Program-made: the position numbers and the translations under genes | Part shown: positions 40,547 through 49,935 of the stretch, piece after piece | Layout of the letters: each line of letters starts with the position of its first letter | How positions within the stretch are numbered: the first letter of the stretch is position 1 | The notes under the pieces: generated by a model | The model's input: the letters and a program-made list of their open reading frames with translations, nothing else | Database searches by the model: none | Told to the model about the DNA's origin: nothing | NCBI GenBank assembly: GCA_001873745.1 | Contig: MNZQ01000162.1 | Location: 1-50,210 of the forward strand | Reading direction: 5' to 3' | Origin: Syntrophaceae bacterium CG2_30_58_14 | Lineage (GTDB): Bacteria; Desulfobacterota; Syntrophia; Syntrophales; UBA5619 | DNA length: 50,210 bases

Positions 40547-41830
40547 ATGGAGATCATCACCGCCGTCCGCGGTTTCAAGGATATCCTTCCTCCGGAGACG
40601 GACAAGTGGCGTCATATCGAAGCGACGGCCCATCAGGTCTTTGGCGCCTTCGGGTTCCGGGAGATCCGCATTCCGCTCATCGAAAAGACGGAGCTCTTCT
40701 GCCGTGGAATCGGGGAATCCACCGATATCGTTGAAAAAGAGATGTACACCTTCCTCGACCGCGGCGAGGAATCCCTGACGCTCCGGCCGGAGGCAACGGC
40801 CTCCGTCATCCGCGCCTACCTGGAACACAGCCTCCATGCCGTTGAAACGGTTACGAAGCTCTACACCATCGGCCCCATGTTCCGGCGCGAGAGGCCGCAG
40901 AAGGGGCGTTACCGGCAGTTCCATCAGATCGACACCGAGATCCTCGGTCCGGATGACCCGCGCACCGATGCGGAGCTGATCCTGATGCTTCTCCACTTTC
41001 TCGACAAACTCGGGCTGCGGAAGCTGAATCTGGAGATCAATTCCCTCGGCTGCGCCGCTTGCCGGCCCGCCTTCCGCGAGGCGATCCTCTCGTTTCTGCG
41101 CGGCCGGGAAGGGGAGCTCTGCGGAGACTGCCGCCGGAGGATCGGAACCAATCCGCTCCGCGTGTTCGACTGCAAGGTGGAAACCTGCGCCGCGATCATC
41201 TCTGAGGCCCCGCTTCTGCCCGACTTTCTCTGCGCCGGATGCCGGGAGCACTTCGAGAAGGTCCAGGCGTCGCTCAGCCTCTTCGATCTCCCCTTTCAAC
41301 TGAATGCAAAAATGGTAAGGGGGCTCGACTACTACACCCGGACCACCTTCGAGGTGACCACCGAATTTCTGGGCGCCCAGAATGCCGTCGTCGGGGGCGG
41401 ACGTTACGACCATCTCGTCCGGGATCTCGGCGGCCCCGATATTTCCGGCATCGGCTTTGCTATCGGTTTTGAGAGGCTGGCCGCGATGATCCCGGAAGCC
41501 GATGCGGCCGCCCTTCTCCAAGGCCCCCTCCTCTTCATCGCAGCCCTCGGCGAAGCGGCCCTGGAAAAGGCCTTTTTTCTCTGCAACGGTCTGCGGATGA
41601 AGGGAATCCGTGTGGAGATGGACCATGCCGGCCGAAGTCTCAAGAGCCAAATGAAACGGGCGGACAAGTTGAATGCCGCCTATACGCTGATTCTTGGCGA
41701 ACGGGAGATCGCCGAGAACAAGGCCCTGCTCCGAAACATGCTTTCGAGCACCCAGACGGAGGTCGGCCTGGACCGTCTAAAAGAAACCATTACCGAATTA
41801 GCGAGGCAACCATTTTGTCCGATTTTTTGA
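40547..41830 (+). CDS. hisS: Histidine--tRNA ligase
   Basis: [37 protein letters not shown] and GGGRYD. Confidence 0.95.
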   Translation: MEIITAVRGFKDILPPETDKWRHIEATAHQVFGAFGFREIRIPLIEKTELFCRGIGESTDIVEKEMYTFLDRGEESLTLRPEATASVIRAYLEHSLHAVETVTKLYTIGPMFRRERPQKGRYRQFHQIDTEILGPDDPRTDAELILMLLHFLDKLGLRKLNLEINSLGCAACRPAFREAILSFLRGREGELCGDCRRRIGTNPLRVFDCKVETCAAIISEAPLLPDFLCAGCREHFEKVQASLSLFDLPFQLNAKMVRGLDYYTRTTFEVTTEFLGAQNAVVGGGRYDHLVRDLGGPDISGIGFAIGFERLAAMIPEADAAALLQGPLLFIAALGEAALEKAFFLCNGLRMKGIRVEMDHAGRSLKSQMKRADKLNAAYTLILGEREIAENKALLRNMLSSTQTEVGLDRLKETITELARQPFCPIF

Positions 41831-43593
41831 CGATCCGAAAAAGGACCCATTACTGCGGGGATCTGAACGCAGCGGATGACGGTAAGGAAGTTATTCTGAT
41901 GGGCTGGGCCCATCGATGGCGTGATCACGGCGGCGTTGTTTTCATCGACCTTAGGGACCGGGAGGGAATCGTCCAGATCGTCTTCAACCCGGATGTGAAC
42001 GCGGTCTGTCACGAAGAGGCCGGGCGGATCCGGAGCGAATTCGTCATCGCGATCCAGGGGCGGGTCCGCCGCCGACCGGCAGGGATGGAGAATCCCGAGC
42101 TTAGAACCGGCGAGATCGAGGTTCTGGCCAATGACCTCGAAATCATGAACGAGTCGAAGACCCCTCCCTTTGTGCTGGATGGCACGGCGGAGATCTCCGA
42201 GAACGTTCGCCTCAAATACCGCTACCTCGACCTCCGGCGCCCGGAGATCCAGCAGAACCTGATCCTGAGGAGCCGTGTCGCCGCGGCGACACGGGATTAC
42301 CTTCACCGCGAGGGCTTTATTGAGATCGAAACCCCCTTCCTGACGAAGAGCACGCCGGAAGGCGCCCGGGACTATCTGGTCCCCAGCCGGGTCAACCCGG
42401 GGATGTTCTACGCCCTTCCGCAGTCCCCGCAGATCTTCAAGCAGTTGTTGATGGTTTCCGGATTTGACCGCTATTTTCAGATTGTTAAGTGCTTCCGCGA
42501 TGAGGACCTCCGGGCGGACCGCCAGCCGGAATTCACGCAGATCGACGCGGAAATGTCCTTTATCACCGAAGAGGATGTGATCCGGATCATGGAGGGGATG
42601 ATCGCCCACCTCTTCCGGAGTTGTCTCGGCCGGGAGCTCACCCTCCCCTTCCCGAGGATTTCTTACCGGGATGCGATCAGCCGCTTCGGGAAAGACAACC
42701 CCGACATCCGTTTCGGCCTCGAGCTCCGGGAGCTGACGGACATCCTGAAAGGATCGGGATTCAAACTCTTCTCCGAGATCGCGGCCGCAGGCGGCGTGAT
42801 CCGGGCGATCAAGATGGACGACGGCAAAGGCCTCTCCCGGAAGGACCTTGACGAGCTGAAGGATTTCGTCGCCCAATACGGGGCGAAGGGTCTTGCCTGG
42901 GCCAGGGTCAATCCGGAGGGCTGGACATCGCCGATATTCAAATTCCTTACGCCGGCGGAAGTTTCGGCAATCAATGAGAGAATGGAGGCCCGCGAAGGGG
43001 CGGTGATCCTCTTTGTCGCCGACACGCCCAATATCGTTCGCGACAGCCTGGGAAACCTCCGGATCCACCTGGCGAAGAGGCTCGGTCTGATCAATCCCAA
43101 GGAACTCGCCTTCACCTGGGTGACGGAATTTCCGCTCTTCGAGTACAGCGAAACGGAGAAGCGGTTCGTCTCGACGCACCATCCCTTCACATCGCCGGTC
43201 CTCGATGAAGTTCCGCTGATCGAGACAGATCCGGGCAGGGTCCATGCCCGGGCCTATGACCTGGTCCTGAACGGCTCCGAGATCGGCGGCGGCAGCATCC
43301 GGATCCACCGGAGAGAGATTCAGGCGCTGATTTTCAAGGCCCTGGGCCTCGGTGAAGAGGAGGCCCGGAGCAAATTCGGCTTCCTGCTGGACGCGCTGGA
43401 ATACGGGACGCCGCCGCACGGCGGGATCGCCTTCGGCCTCGACCGGCTCGTCATGCTGATGACGGGGGCAGAGTCGATCCGGGACGTGATCGCCTTCCCC
43501 AAGACCCAGAAGGCCACCTGCTTGCTGACGGAGGCGCCGTCGCGGGTCAGCGTGGAGCAACTCATGGAGCTCTCACTGAAGATCGTGACGTAA
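41815..43593 (+). CDS. aspS: Aspartate--tRNA ligase (possibly non-discriminating)
   Basis: TTG start with GAGG 8 nt upstream. [26 protein letters not shown] and GGGSIRIH. It overlaps the hisS end by 16 nt. Confidence 0.95.
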   Translation: MSDFLTIRKRTHYCGDLNAADDGKEVILMGWAHRWRDHGGVVFIDLRDREGIVQIVFNPDVNAVCHEEAGRIRSEFVIAIQGRVRRRPAGMENPELRTGEIEVLANDLEIMNESKTPPFVLDGTAEISENVRLKYRYLDLRRPEIQQNLILRSRVAAATRDYLHREGFIEIETPFLTKSTPEGARDYLVPSRVNPGMFYALPQSPQIFKQLLMVSGFDRYFQIVKCFRDEDLRADRQPEFTQIDAEMSFITEEDVIRIMEGMIAHLFRSCLGRELTLPFPRISYRDAISRFGKDNPDIRFGLELRELTDILKGSGFKLFSEIAAAGGVIRAIKMDDGKGLSRKDLDELKDFVAQYGAKGLAWARVNPEGWTSPIFKFLTPAEVSAINERMEAREGAVILFVADTPNIVRDSLGNLRIHLAKRLGLINPKELAFTWVTEFPLFEYSETEKRFVSTHHPFTSPVLDEVPLIETDPGRVHARAYDLVLNGSEIGGGSIRIHRREIQALIFKALGLGEEEARSKFGFLLDALEYGTPPHGGIAFGLDRLVMLMTGAESIRDVIAFPKTQKATCLLTEAPSRVSVEQLMELSLKIVT

Positions 43594-43634
43594 ATTTCAT
43601 GAAACAAATCCGCTGAAGAGGGGGAGCGGAAGCC

Positions 43635-45524
43635 ATGGCAAAATGGAACAAGGACAAGAAGGTTCTGGATCACGAGCATACGCAGTTCTGGAAGTTCGAT
43701 CTCAAGGATGTTGCGGAGCCGAATCTCCAGAAGGATGTCTTCCCGTATGACGAGGTATGCCGAATCGATTTCGACCACAAGATCATGTCGATCAATCCCG
43801 CGGTGGAGATGTTCATCACCGACACCACCTTCCGTGACGGCCAGCAGGCAAGGCCCCCCTACACCGTCCAGCAGATCGTCGATCTCTACACGCTGATGAG
43901 CCGACTGGGCGGGCCGAACGGGGTGATCCGCCAGTCGGAGTTCTTTCTCTACAGCCCTAAGGATCGCGAGGCGGTGGAGCGGTGCCAAGAGCTCGGATTC
44001 CCCTTTCCGGAGATTACCGGCTGGATCCGGGCCAGTGCGGAGGACGTTCCGCTGGTCAAGCAGGCGGGGCTGAAGGAGACCGGGATCCTCACCTCCGTCT
44101 CCGATTACCACATCTTTCTCAAGCTGAACAAGAACCGGAGACAGGCGCTGGACGATTATCTCGGCGTCGTCAAATCCATCCTGAGTGCCGGAATCCGGCC
44201 CCGCTGCCATTTCGAAGATCTCACCCGGGCGGACATTTACGGATTCTGCATCCCTTTAGCGATCGAGCTGATGAAGCTCCGGGAGGAAAGCGGAATCGAC
44301 ATCAAGATCCGCCTCTGCGACACGATGGGATACGGCGTCACCTATCCCGGCGCCGCCCTGCCCCGAAGCGTGGACAAACTGGTCCGCGCCTTCATCGAGG
44401 ATGCCGGGGTGCCCGGTCATCTCCTTGAATGGCATGGTCATAACGATTTTCACAAGGCGATGATCAACGCGACCACCGCCTGGCTCTACGGTTGCAGCGC
44501 CGCCAACTCGACGCTGCTCGGCCTTGGCGAGAGAACGGGCAATCCGCCGCTGGAAGGGTTGATCATCGAGTACATCAGCCTCCGCGGGGATCAAAACGGA
44601 ATCGATACGACCATTATCACCGATATCGCGAACTATTTCGAGCATGAGATCGGCGTCCGGATCCCGGCCAGTTTCCCGTTCGTCGGCGCCGATTTCAATG
44701 TGACGCGGGCCGGCGTCCATGTGGACGGCCTGATCAAATGCGAGGAGATCTACAATATTTTTGACACGACCAAAATCCTCAAGCGCCCGATCATCCCGAT
44801 GATCACGGACAAGTCGGGCAAATCCGGCATCGCCTTCTGGATCAATGCCCATCTCGGTCTGACGGGAGACAATGCGGTGGACAAGCGGCACCCCGGCGTT
44901 ACCCGCATTCACAAGTGGATCGCCGAACTGTACGACGCGGGCCGAATGACCGGCATTTCGAACGACGAGATGGAGAAATGGGTCCGGAAGTATATGCCGG
45001 AACTCTTCCTGTCGGATCTGGAGAAGATCAAATTCATGGCGGCCCAGGCGGCGGTCTCCGTCGTGACCCAGGTGATCGAGCACCCGGTGATGAAGACCAT
45101 GAAGCCGGGGCTTCAGGAGCCGGTGATGCAGCAGTTCATCGAGGAGAATCCCTCCATCCAGTTTGCCTATGTCGTGGACACGAACGGCCGCAAGACAACG
45201 AAAAACATAACGAATATCGCTGACCGCGCCAAATACGAGAACTACGGCGTCGGGACGGACCAGTCGGACCGCGAGTGGTTCATCAAGCCGCTCCAGAGTG
45301 GGAAGATCCATGTCACCAACTTCTACATCTCCAAGATGACCGGGGCGCTCTGCATTACCGTCTCATCGCCGATCGTCGACGAGAAAGACGAGATGGTCGG
45401 GGTCTTCGGCGTGGACATCAAGTTTGAGGACTGGGTCAAGCGGGTGGAAGACATCGCCGAAGCGACGCAGATCGCCCTTCGTGAGGAGTACGAGGCCAAG
45501 TCGAAATCGGACCGCTGGATTTAG
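43635..45524 (+). CDS. HMGL-like (DRE-TIM) acyl-CoA condensing enzyme of the Re-citrate/homocitrate/isopropylmalate synthase family, fused to a C-terminal Cache-like sensor domain
   Basis: ITDTTFRDGQQ, HFEDLTRAD and EWHGHNDFHKA (metal ligands), LGLGERTGN. The C-terminal 160 aa (FAYVVDTNGRKT..., SDREWF, ITVSSPIVDEKDEMVGVFGVDI) look like a Cache/PDC fold. Confidence 0.7.
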   Translation: MAKWNKDKKVLDHEHTQFWKFDLKDVAEPNLQKDVFPYDEVCRIDFDHKIMSINPAVEMFITDTTFRDGQQARPPYTVQQIVDLYTLMSRLGGPNGVIRQSEFFLYSPKDREAVERCQELGFPFPEITGWIRASAEDVPLVKQAGLKETGILTSVSDYHIFLKLNKNRRQALDDYLGVVKSILSAGIRPRCHFEDLTRADIYGFCIPLAIELMKLREESGIDIKIRLCDTMGYGVTYPGAALPRSVDKLVRAFIEDAGVPGHLLEWHGHNDFHKAMINATTAWLYGCSAANSTLLGLGERTGNPPLEGLIIEYISLRGDQNGIDTTIITDIANYFEHEIGVRIPASFPFVGADFNVTRAGVHVDGLIKCEEIYNIFDTTKILKRPIIPMITDKSGKSGIAFWINAHLGLTGDNAVDKRHPGVTRIHKWIAELYDAGRMTGISNDEMEKWVRKYMPELFLSDLEKIKFMAAQAAVSVVTQVIEHPVMKTMKPGLQEPVMQQFIEENPSIQFAYVVDTNGRKTTKNITNIADRAKYENYGVGTDQSDREWFIKPLQSGKIHVTNFYISKMTGALCITVSSPIVDEKDEMVGVFGVDIKFEDWVKRVEDIAEATQIALREEYEAKSKSDRWI

Positions 45525-45531
45525 AGGGTTC

Positions 45532-45900
45532 TCATGGCCTGAAAGGGAGAATGCGCGCCCGCGAACGATAGGGATCAATCGTGATGAGGGCGCCTTGTAG
45601 AAGTTCCTTCTCAAATTGCCCAATGGCACTCAGAACCAGCGAGCCGATCGCTTCCGGGACAATATTTTGTGTGCGAACTTGAATGACGCTCGGCCCGGCA
45701 GCACGAGAGCCGGCGAGCAAGGCGCCAAAATCCAGGTCATGAGTAAAGACAATGAAACCATTTTCCTGAGCGTAGGCCAAGATCTGACTGTCTTCGGCAG
45801 CCGGTTCCCCCACATCGGACCAATGAACGCATTCAAAACCTTCAGCAGTCAAGAATTGCACCCAGCGGGGCGGCAAATTCATGTCCAGCAATAACTTCAT
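45532..45900 (-). CDS. DUF5615 family PIN-like toxin
   Basis: MKLLLDMNLPPRWVQFLTAEGFECVHW...FIVFTHDLDFGALLA. ATG 45900 overlaps the DUF433 stop (ATGA). Confidence 0.75.
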   Translation of the reverse strand: MKLLLDMNLPPRWVQFLTAEGFECVHWSDVGEPAAEDSQILAYAQENGFIVFTHDLDFGALLAGSRAAGPSVIQVRTQNIVPEAIGSLVLSAIGQFEKELLQGALITIDPYRSRARILPFRP

Positions 45901-46130
45901 CCCGTCACCATATCGAGTTCGCGCTCTTCTGATCGCCATGCCGCATAGGACAGGGCTTCCATGACATCATCCCTTTCCAGATAAGGATAGTCAGCAAGGA
46001 TTTCCGCTATTGTTTTGCCACAGGCGATCAGACCGACGATGGTTCCTACGGTCACCCGCATTCCCCTGATACAGGGTTTTCCTCCCATTACCTTGGGGTT
46101 TATCGTAATCCTTTTTAATGGTTTCATCAC
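45897..46130 (-). CDS. DUF433 domain antitoxin
   Basis: GGKPCIRGMRVTVGTIVGLIACGKTIAEILADYPYLERDDVMEALSYA is the DUF433 signature. 77 aa. Confidence 0.8.
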   Translation of the reverse strand: MMKPLKRITINPKVMGGKPCIRGMRVTVGTIVGLIACGKTIAEILADYPYLERDDVMEALSYAAWRSEERELDMVTG

Positions 46131-46224
46131 AACCTCCCTGTTTCATTCATGGTCATAAAGGCGGAAATCAATAATTGGATATCTCGCAATCGTTTCAATG
46201 CCCTTTCTTCATTCTCTGCCAGTA

Positions 46225-46665
46225 TCATAGAATCATCATCCTTTCTTCGTTTACTCCCACGAGCGCGGTTTGGGCGATGGCGGCGGCGACAAAATCTTCC
46301 CCGCGTACCTCCCCGTGAAAGGCGATTCCAACCTTCCCGCAGGCGGCTTCGCAATGGGTCATCGTTTGGTTCAATTCCGGTAAAATATCGCTGTCGTTTT
46401 CATAGGCGACGACCTCAATGGAAATGGGCCGTCTTCCTTCGGAAGCCAATGTCTCCACATAGGCTGAAAAGAGCACACCCGCCCCCGCCCCGGCATCGAG
46501 AATCCTGACATGATCGAACTGATTTGGCGCAAACATCGACGCCATGAAACGGGCAATCGCAACCGGCGTCAAAAACTGCCCGATGTCGGAGCGCTCCGCC
46601 CGCTGCGTGCGGCCGTTCACGGTCCGGCGGACGTGATCGAGTGTAGTTAATGAGGGTTCAGTCAT
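46225..46665 (-). pseudogene. N-terminal stump (146 codons) of an N6-adenine DNA methyltransferase (Eco57I/TaqI-like); catalytic NPPY region missing
   Basis: GQFLTPVAIARFMASM and ILDAGAGAGVLF (motif I) are present. The frame ends at NEERMMIL-stop, where the sequence turns AT-rich and the TA cassette begins. There is no (N/D)PP(Y/F) downstream. Confidence 0.6.
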
Positions 46666-46706
46666 ATTAATACGTTGTAGCGGACTGTTTCAGAAACGAA
46701 GATCGA

Positions 46707-47734
46707 TTACCTCGTTCTGTATTGCTGGAGTCCGGTGCAATCAATCAAGCGGTCAAGGTTACGTAAAGTAAATACTTTGCCTCTCGTTGCGATAAGCATC
46801 TTCTTCATGTCCTCGCGACGCACCCCGAACCCCCGCCCGGCAATGCAGGCGATTACCTCGTACTTCGGCTTATCGGGTGGTTGCCCGGCCATGCTCAGCG
46901 CAAACAGATGCTGGATTCGGGTGGCCTTGTCACGGGCCGTGCCGTCGTCCTCCGTAATTTTCGCCTCGATGATGATCCGGGGATTGAATTCGCTCGGGAC
47001 GATGAAATCGGGCGTCTGGTCGAAGCCCGGTATTCTCTCGGCCCACTTGGTTTTCCGGTAACTGATGCCGGCTTGCTCAACGCATCCTCAACGGCTGCCT
47101 CAAGGCTGTTTCCGACAAGATCACTGACAGAATCGCGGTGTCCGGCAAACGGTCGCCCAAGAAAACGCTCATAGAGAAGCATGGCATAAGGAACGCCCAT
47201 TCCCGCAAGCGTCTGTAATCCGGAAAGGCCCATTTTTGTATCAGCCTTGTCGAGGCGATGGATTTTATCGGGTGAAGCCGGGGGCGCTCCTTCTTTCAGC
47301 AGCCGGCAAGCCGTGTCTATCAATGCCTTCACCCGTTCAACGGTGACTTTCCCGTCGGCAAGGGGAGAAAGGGGTGATAAACGTATTTTTCGGTCAAGGG
47401 CGCGGACAAAGCCCTGGCTGACTTCAACGCCTGTCTGTAGAGTGGCGAGATACGCCCATTCCGGCGGCGTGAAGCCCAGCATGGTCCGCAACACCAGGAT
47501 CACGATGGGGGCTTCAGAAGTCTTTTGAAGCAGCGATTCGGGTTCAAGGAAGGTGAAACCCTTGGTGGCTTGTTTCAGCGCCTCGTAACCCTGTTCGAAA
47601 ACAGGGTAGTCAATGAAACCGAGTCCTTTCGGCATGATGAGAAATTCCGATTCGAGGCACGAAAAAACCGCAATCACGAACGTGTCGAGATCCGCCTGAA
47701 CTTCGGCAAAAGGCAGTTCAAAAGGATATTTCAT
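46707..47734 (-). pseudogene. PD-(D/E)XK restriction-endonuclease-like gene interrupted by a 1-nt frameshift near 47066-47072
   Basis: Frame A (ATG 47734) decays into RS-rich text after ...EAAVEDALSK and stops at 46895. The adjacent frame (hand-translated, open 47087..46707) reads AGISYRKTKWAERIPGFDQTPDFIVPSEFNPRIIIEAKITEDD...MAGQPPDKPKYEVIACIAGRGFG... It has no start codon before the catalytic D...EAK. Confidence 0.6.
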
Positions 47735-49928
47735 CACCGGATCCCCCATATGAAGTCCTGTTTTCCTGAACATAATCATACTGCTGAAGTAGTGGCGCAT
47801 TCAGGTACGTTTCCGCCAGATGATCTTCGATACATTTCAGTGCATGCCCTTGCCTCAGTTCAGCAGCCGCGACGGCGAGTTTTGCCGACGCCGGCTGCGC
47901 CTTGTCCCAGGTCACGCGAAGCCGCCAGACGGCGAGCCGGGCCAAATGGCCGTAGATGATACAGCGGATGTCGCCCCGGGTCGGTTTCAGACCCCCGATC
48001 TTCAGTTTAGCCAGATCATCCAGGACCAGCTCGGCAATCTGTTCCGGCGAGTCCGCAAGCCATTTGCGCGGTATCGTTCCGGTCGAACGGCAGACAAAAA
48101 CCGTATCCACGATCGACGAGCCGGTGCCGCTGATATGGATCGATGCGCCCATTTCCGCCGGGCATGGGAGTGAAGCGGAGCAGGTTAGTCCGGCATCCAG
48201 AATCGCTACGATCACGGGATGATACGCCTCCAACTTGTTGTGATGGTAGGTGAAGGCCAACGGCTTTCCCGGCTTCAAGGCTTTGGCCATGTTCTGGAAG
48301 ACGGCTGACAATCCATGTGTAAAGTGGTCAAGACCGCGGTCCATCGTGATGTTGCCGGTCAATTCGTCGGGGTTGCGGGTGGAACGAAGTTGAAATATCG
48401 GGTTTTCCGGACTGACCAGTTTCCGAACCCAGACATAACAGAAATCCATAAGCTCGGCGTACTGGACGTTGCCGAAATAGGGGGGATCGGTAAAAACGCC
48501 ATCCAGGCTGTCGCCGGGCAAATCCGCATTCGTCGCGCTCCCGCAGAGGAGATGAACGCCCCGAGGTGCAGTGATCAAATCGCTGTTTCTCCGGTCGCCG
48601 ATCCATTCATCCGCGATGGATGTCAGGATTTTTCTGCTCCCTTCATGGCGGGTCTCGAAGGGGTGATCGCAGTAGGCCTTTGCTTTCACGTATTTCTCCA
48701 GGATATTCGACCAACCGCCGCTCCCTACGCTCGTGCCGCCGCCGTTGGCGATGCCGAGGAGGTTGGATTCACACTGGATCAGCCCGACGGGAAAACCGTG
48801 GACGGAGAAGATATCGAGGGACTTGAGGGCCATCGCGTCGTACCGGCAAAGCATGTTCTGATAGCGCAAAAGATCCGAAAGATTTGTGATGAGTGCATTT
48901 CTTATCCGTTCATCCTGCTCCGCCGCAAGGGCCCGGCAACTCAGTTCCAGACCCAGCAATTGGCGGTTATTGAACATCTCCCGGTATTTCTTGTAGCCCC
49001 AGCGAAGGAGACGGTCGGTTTCGTCGCCGGGCAGGATTTTGTCGTCGGGGACATGGGTTGTCCCGATTTGTTCAAGCAGAGAGGAAGCCCTGGTGTAATG
49101 GAGCAGGTCATTTTCGTCGGGCCGTTTGAAGAAACGACCATGGTGCGTCGGCTTGCAGTGGCGGCAATGATATTCGATGGCGAACATGCGATGACTGGGC
49201 GGGCCTTCGGCCGGGTTGGGAAAGGTATTGACCTTCCCGCACCGGGGGCAGGCGCATTTGTTTCTTTTTGCCGGTCCTGCGAGGGATATTTTGCTGCCGC
49301 AGGACTTGCATATATCGGGATTTGTTCGGTCTTTAACGCCGTTCAAGTCGCCGCAGGCGGCGCAGATGAAAACATTCTCCGTATGCCGCCGGTTTTCGGC
49401 CAGCAGGTAGCCGGGAAACAGGTCGATTTCATGACCGCAATGGCGGCAGGGCTGCTTTTTCACCCAGAGGAAATACTTGACGTGAGCCTCCGGGGAGCCG
49501 CATTCCAGACATTGGGTGCGGTAGAAGGCGCCGATCTGCGTTTCCAGGCCACGGGTAAGATTTTCCGCCGATTTTCGGTACTTTCCCAAATCAAGATGCT
49601 CGATCTCACGGCTCACAATCCAGTAGGCCATCGGATTGATGTCATAGCCGGTCACATCGCAGCCAAGGCGGTTAGCCTCGATGAGCGGTGTGCCGCCCAT
49701 GAAGGGATCGGCGATGGCGGTGCCTTTCAGATTGTTTGAGCCGTAGAAGGCTTCCCGAAGAGGTTTGTCGCTGAATTCTGAAAGGATAAGACCCCGGAAC
49801 AGCGTACCGGGCCGGCGGGCAAACCACTTATGTACGGCAATGATAGGGCGGTAGTTCTGCTGGATCTGTTTTTCCCGCAGGGCAAGGTCGGAAATAAAGG
49901 AAATGTCGAATTTTTTTTCGATGGACAT
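47718..49928 (-). CDS. DUF1156-type DNA (N6-adenine or N4-cytosine) methyltransferase with a triple zinc-ribbon insert
   Basis: ATG 49928 (MSIEKKFDISF...) lies 7 nt after the upstream stop. AVHKWFARRPGT, DPFMGGTPLIEANRLG (motif I) and FTDPPYF (motif IV, about 400 aa later). Six CxxC pairs lie between residues 140 and 258. Confidence 0.78.
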   Translation of the reverse strand: MSIEKKFDISFISDLALREKQIQQNYRPIIAVHKWFARRPGTLFRGLILSEFSDKPLREAFYGSNNLKGTAIADPFMGGTPLIEANRLGCDVTGYDINPMAYWIVSREIEHLDLGKYRKSAENLTRGLETQIGAFYRTQCLECGSPEAHVKYFLWVKKQPCRHCGHEIDLFPGYLLAENRRHTENVFICAACGDLNGVKDRTNPDICKSCGSKISLAGPAKRNKCACPRCGKVNTFPNPAEGPPSHRMFAIEYHCRHCKPTHHGRFFKRPDENDLLHYTRASSLLEQIGTTHVPDDKILPGDETDRLLRWGYKKYREMFNNRQLLGLELSCRALAAEQDERIRNALITNLSDLLRYQNMLCRYDAMALKSLDIFSVHGFPVGLIQCESNLLGIANGGGTSVGSGGWSNILEKYVKAKAYCDHPFETRHEGSRKILTSIADEWIGDRRNSDLITAPRGVHLLCGSATNADLPGDSLDGVFTDPPYFGNVQYAELMDFCYVWVRKLVSPENPIFQLRSTRNPDELTGNITMDRGLDHFTHGLSAVFQNMAKALKPGKPLAFTYHHNKLEAYHPVIVAILDAGLTCSASLPCPAEMGASIHISGTGSSIVDTVFVCRSTGTIPRKWLADSPEQIAELVLDDLAKLKIGGLKPTRGDIRCIIYGHLARLAVWRLRVTWDKAQPASAKLAVAAAELRQGHALKCIEDHLAETYLNAPLLQQYDYVQENRTSYGGSGDEISF

Positions 49929-49935
49929 GGTGTGC

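Noticed and set aside
47040-47087. Programmed -1 ribosomal frameshift in the nuclease gene
   Set aside because: There is no X-XXY-YYZ slippery heptamer in the zero frame and no obvious downstream pseudoknot or hairpin. Mutation or sequencing error is the more economical explanation.
49043-49062. GGGACA-TGGGT-TGTCCC hairpin in the methylase gene as another member of the GGGGACAC family
   Set aside because: It has only a 6-bp stem and lacks the CGAT part of the arm, so it is compatible with chance.
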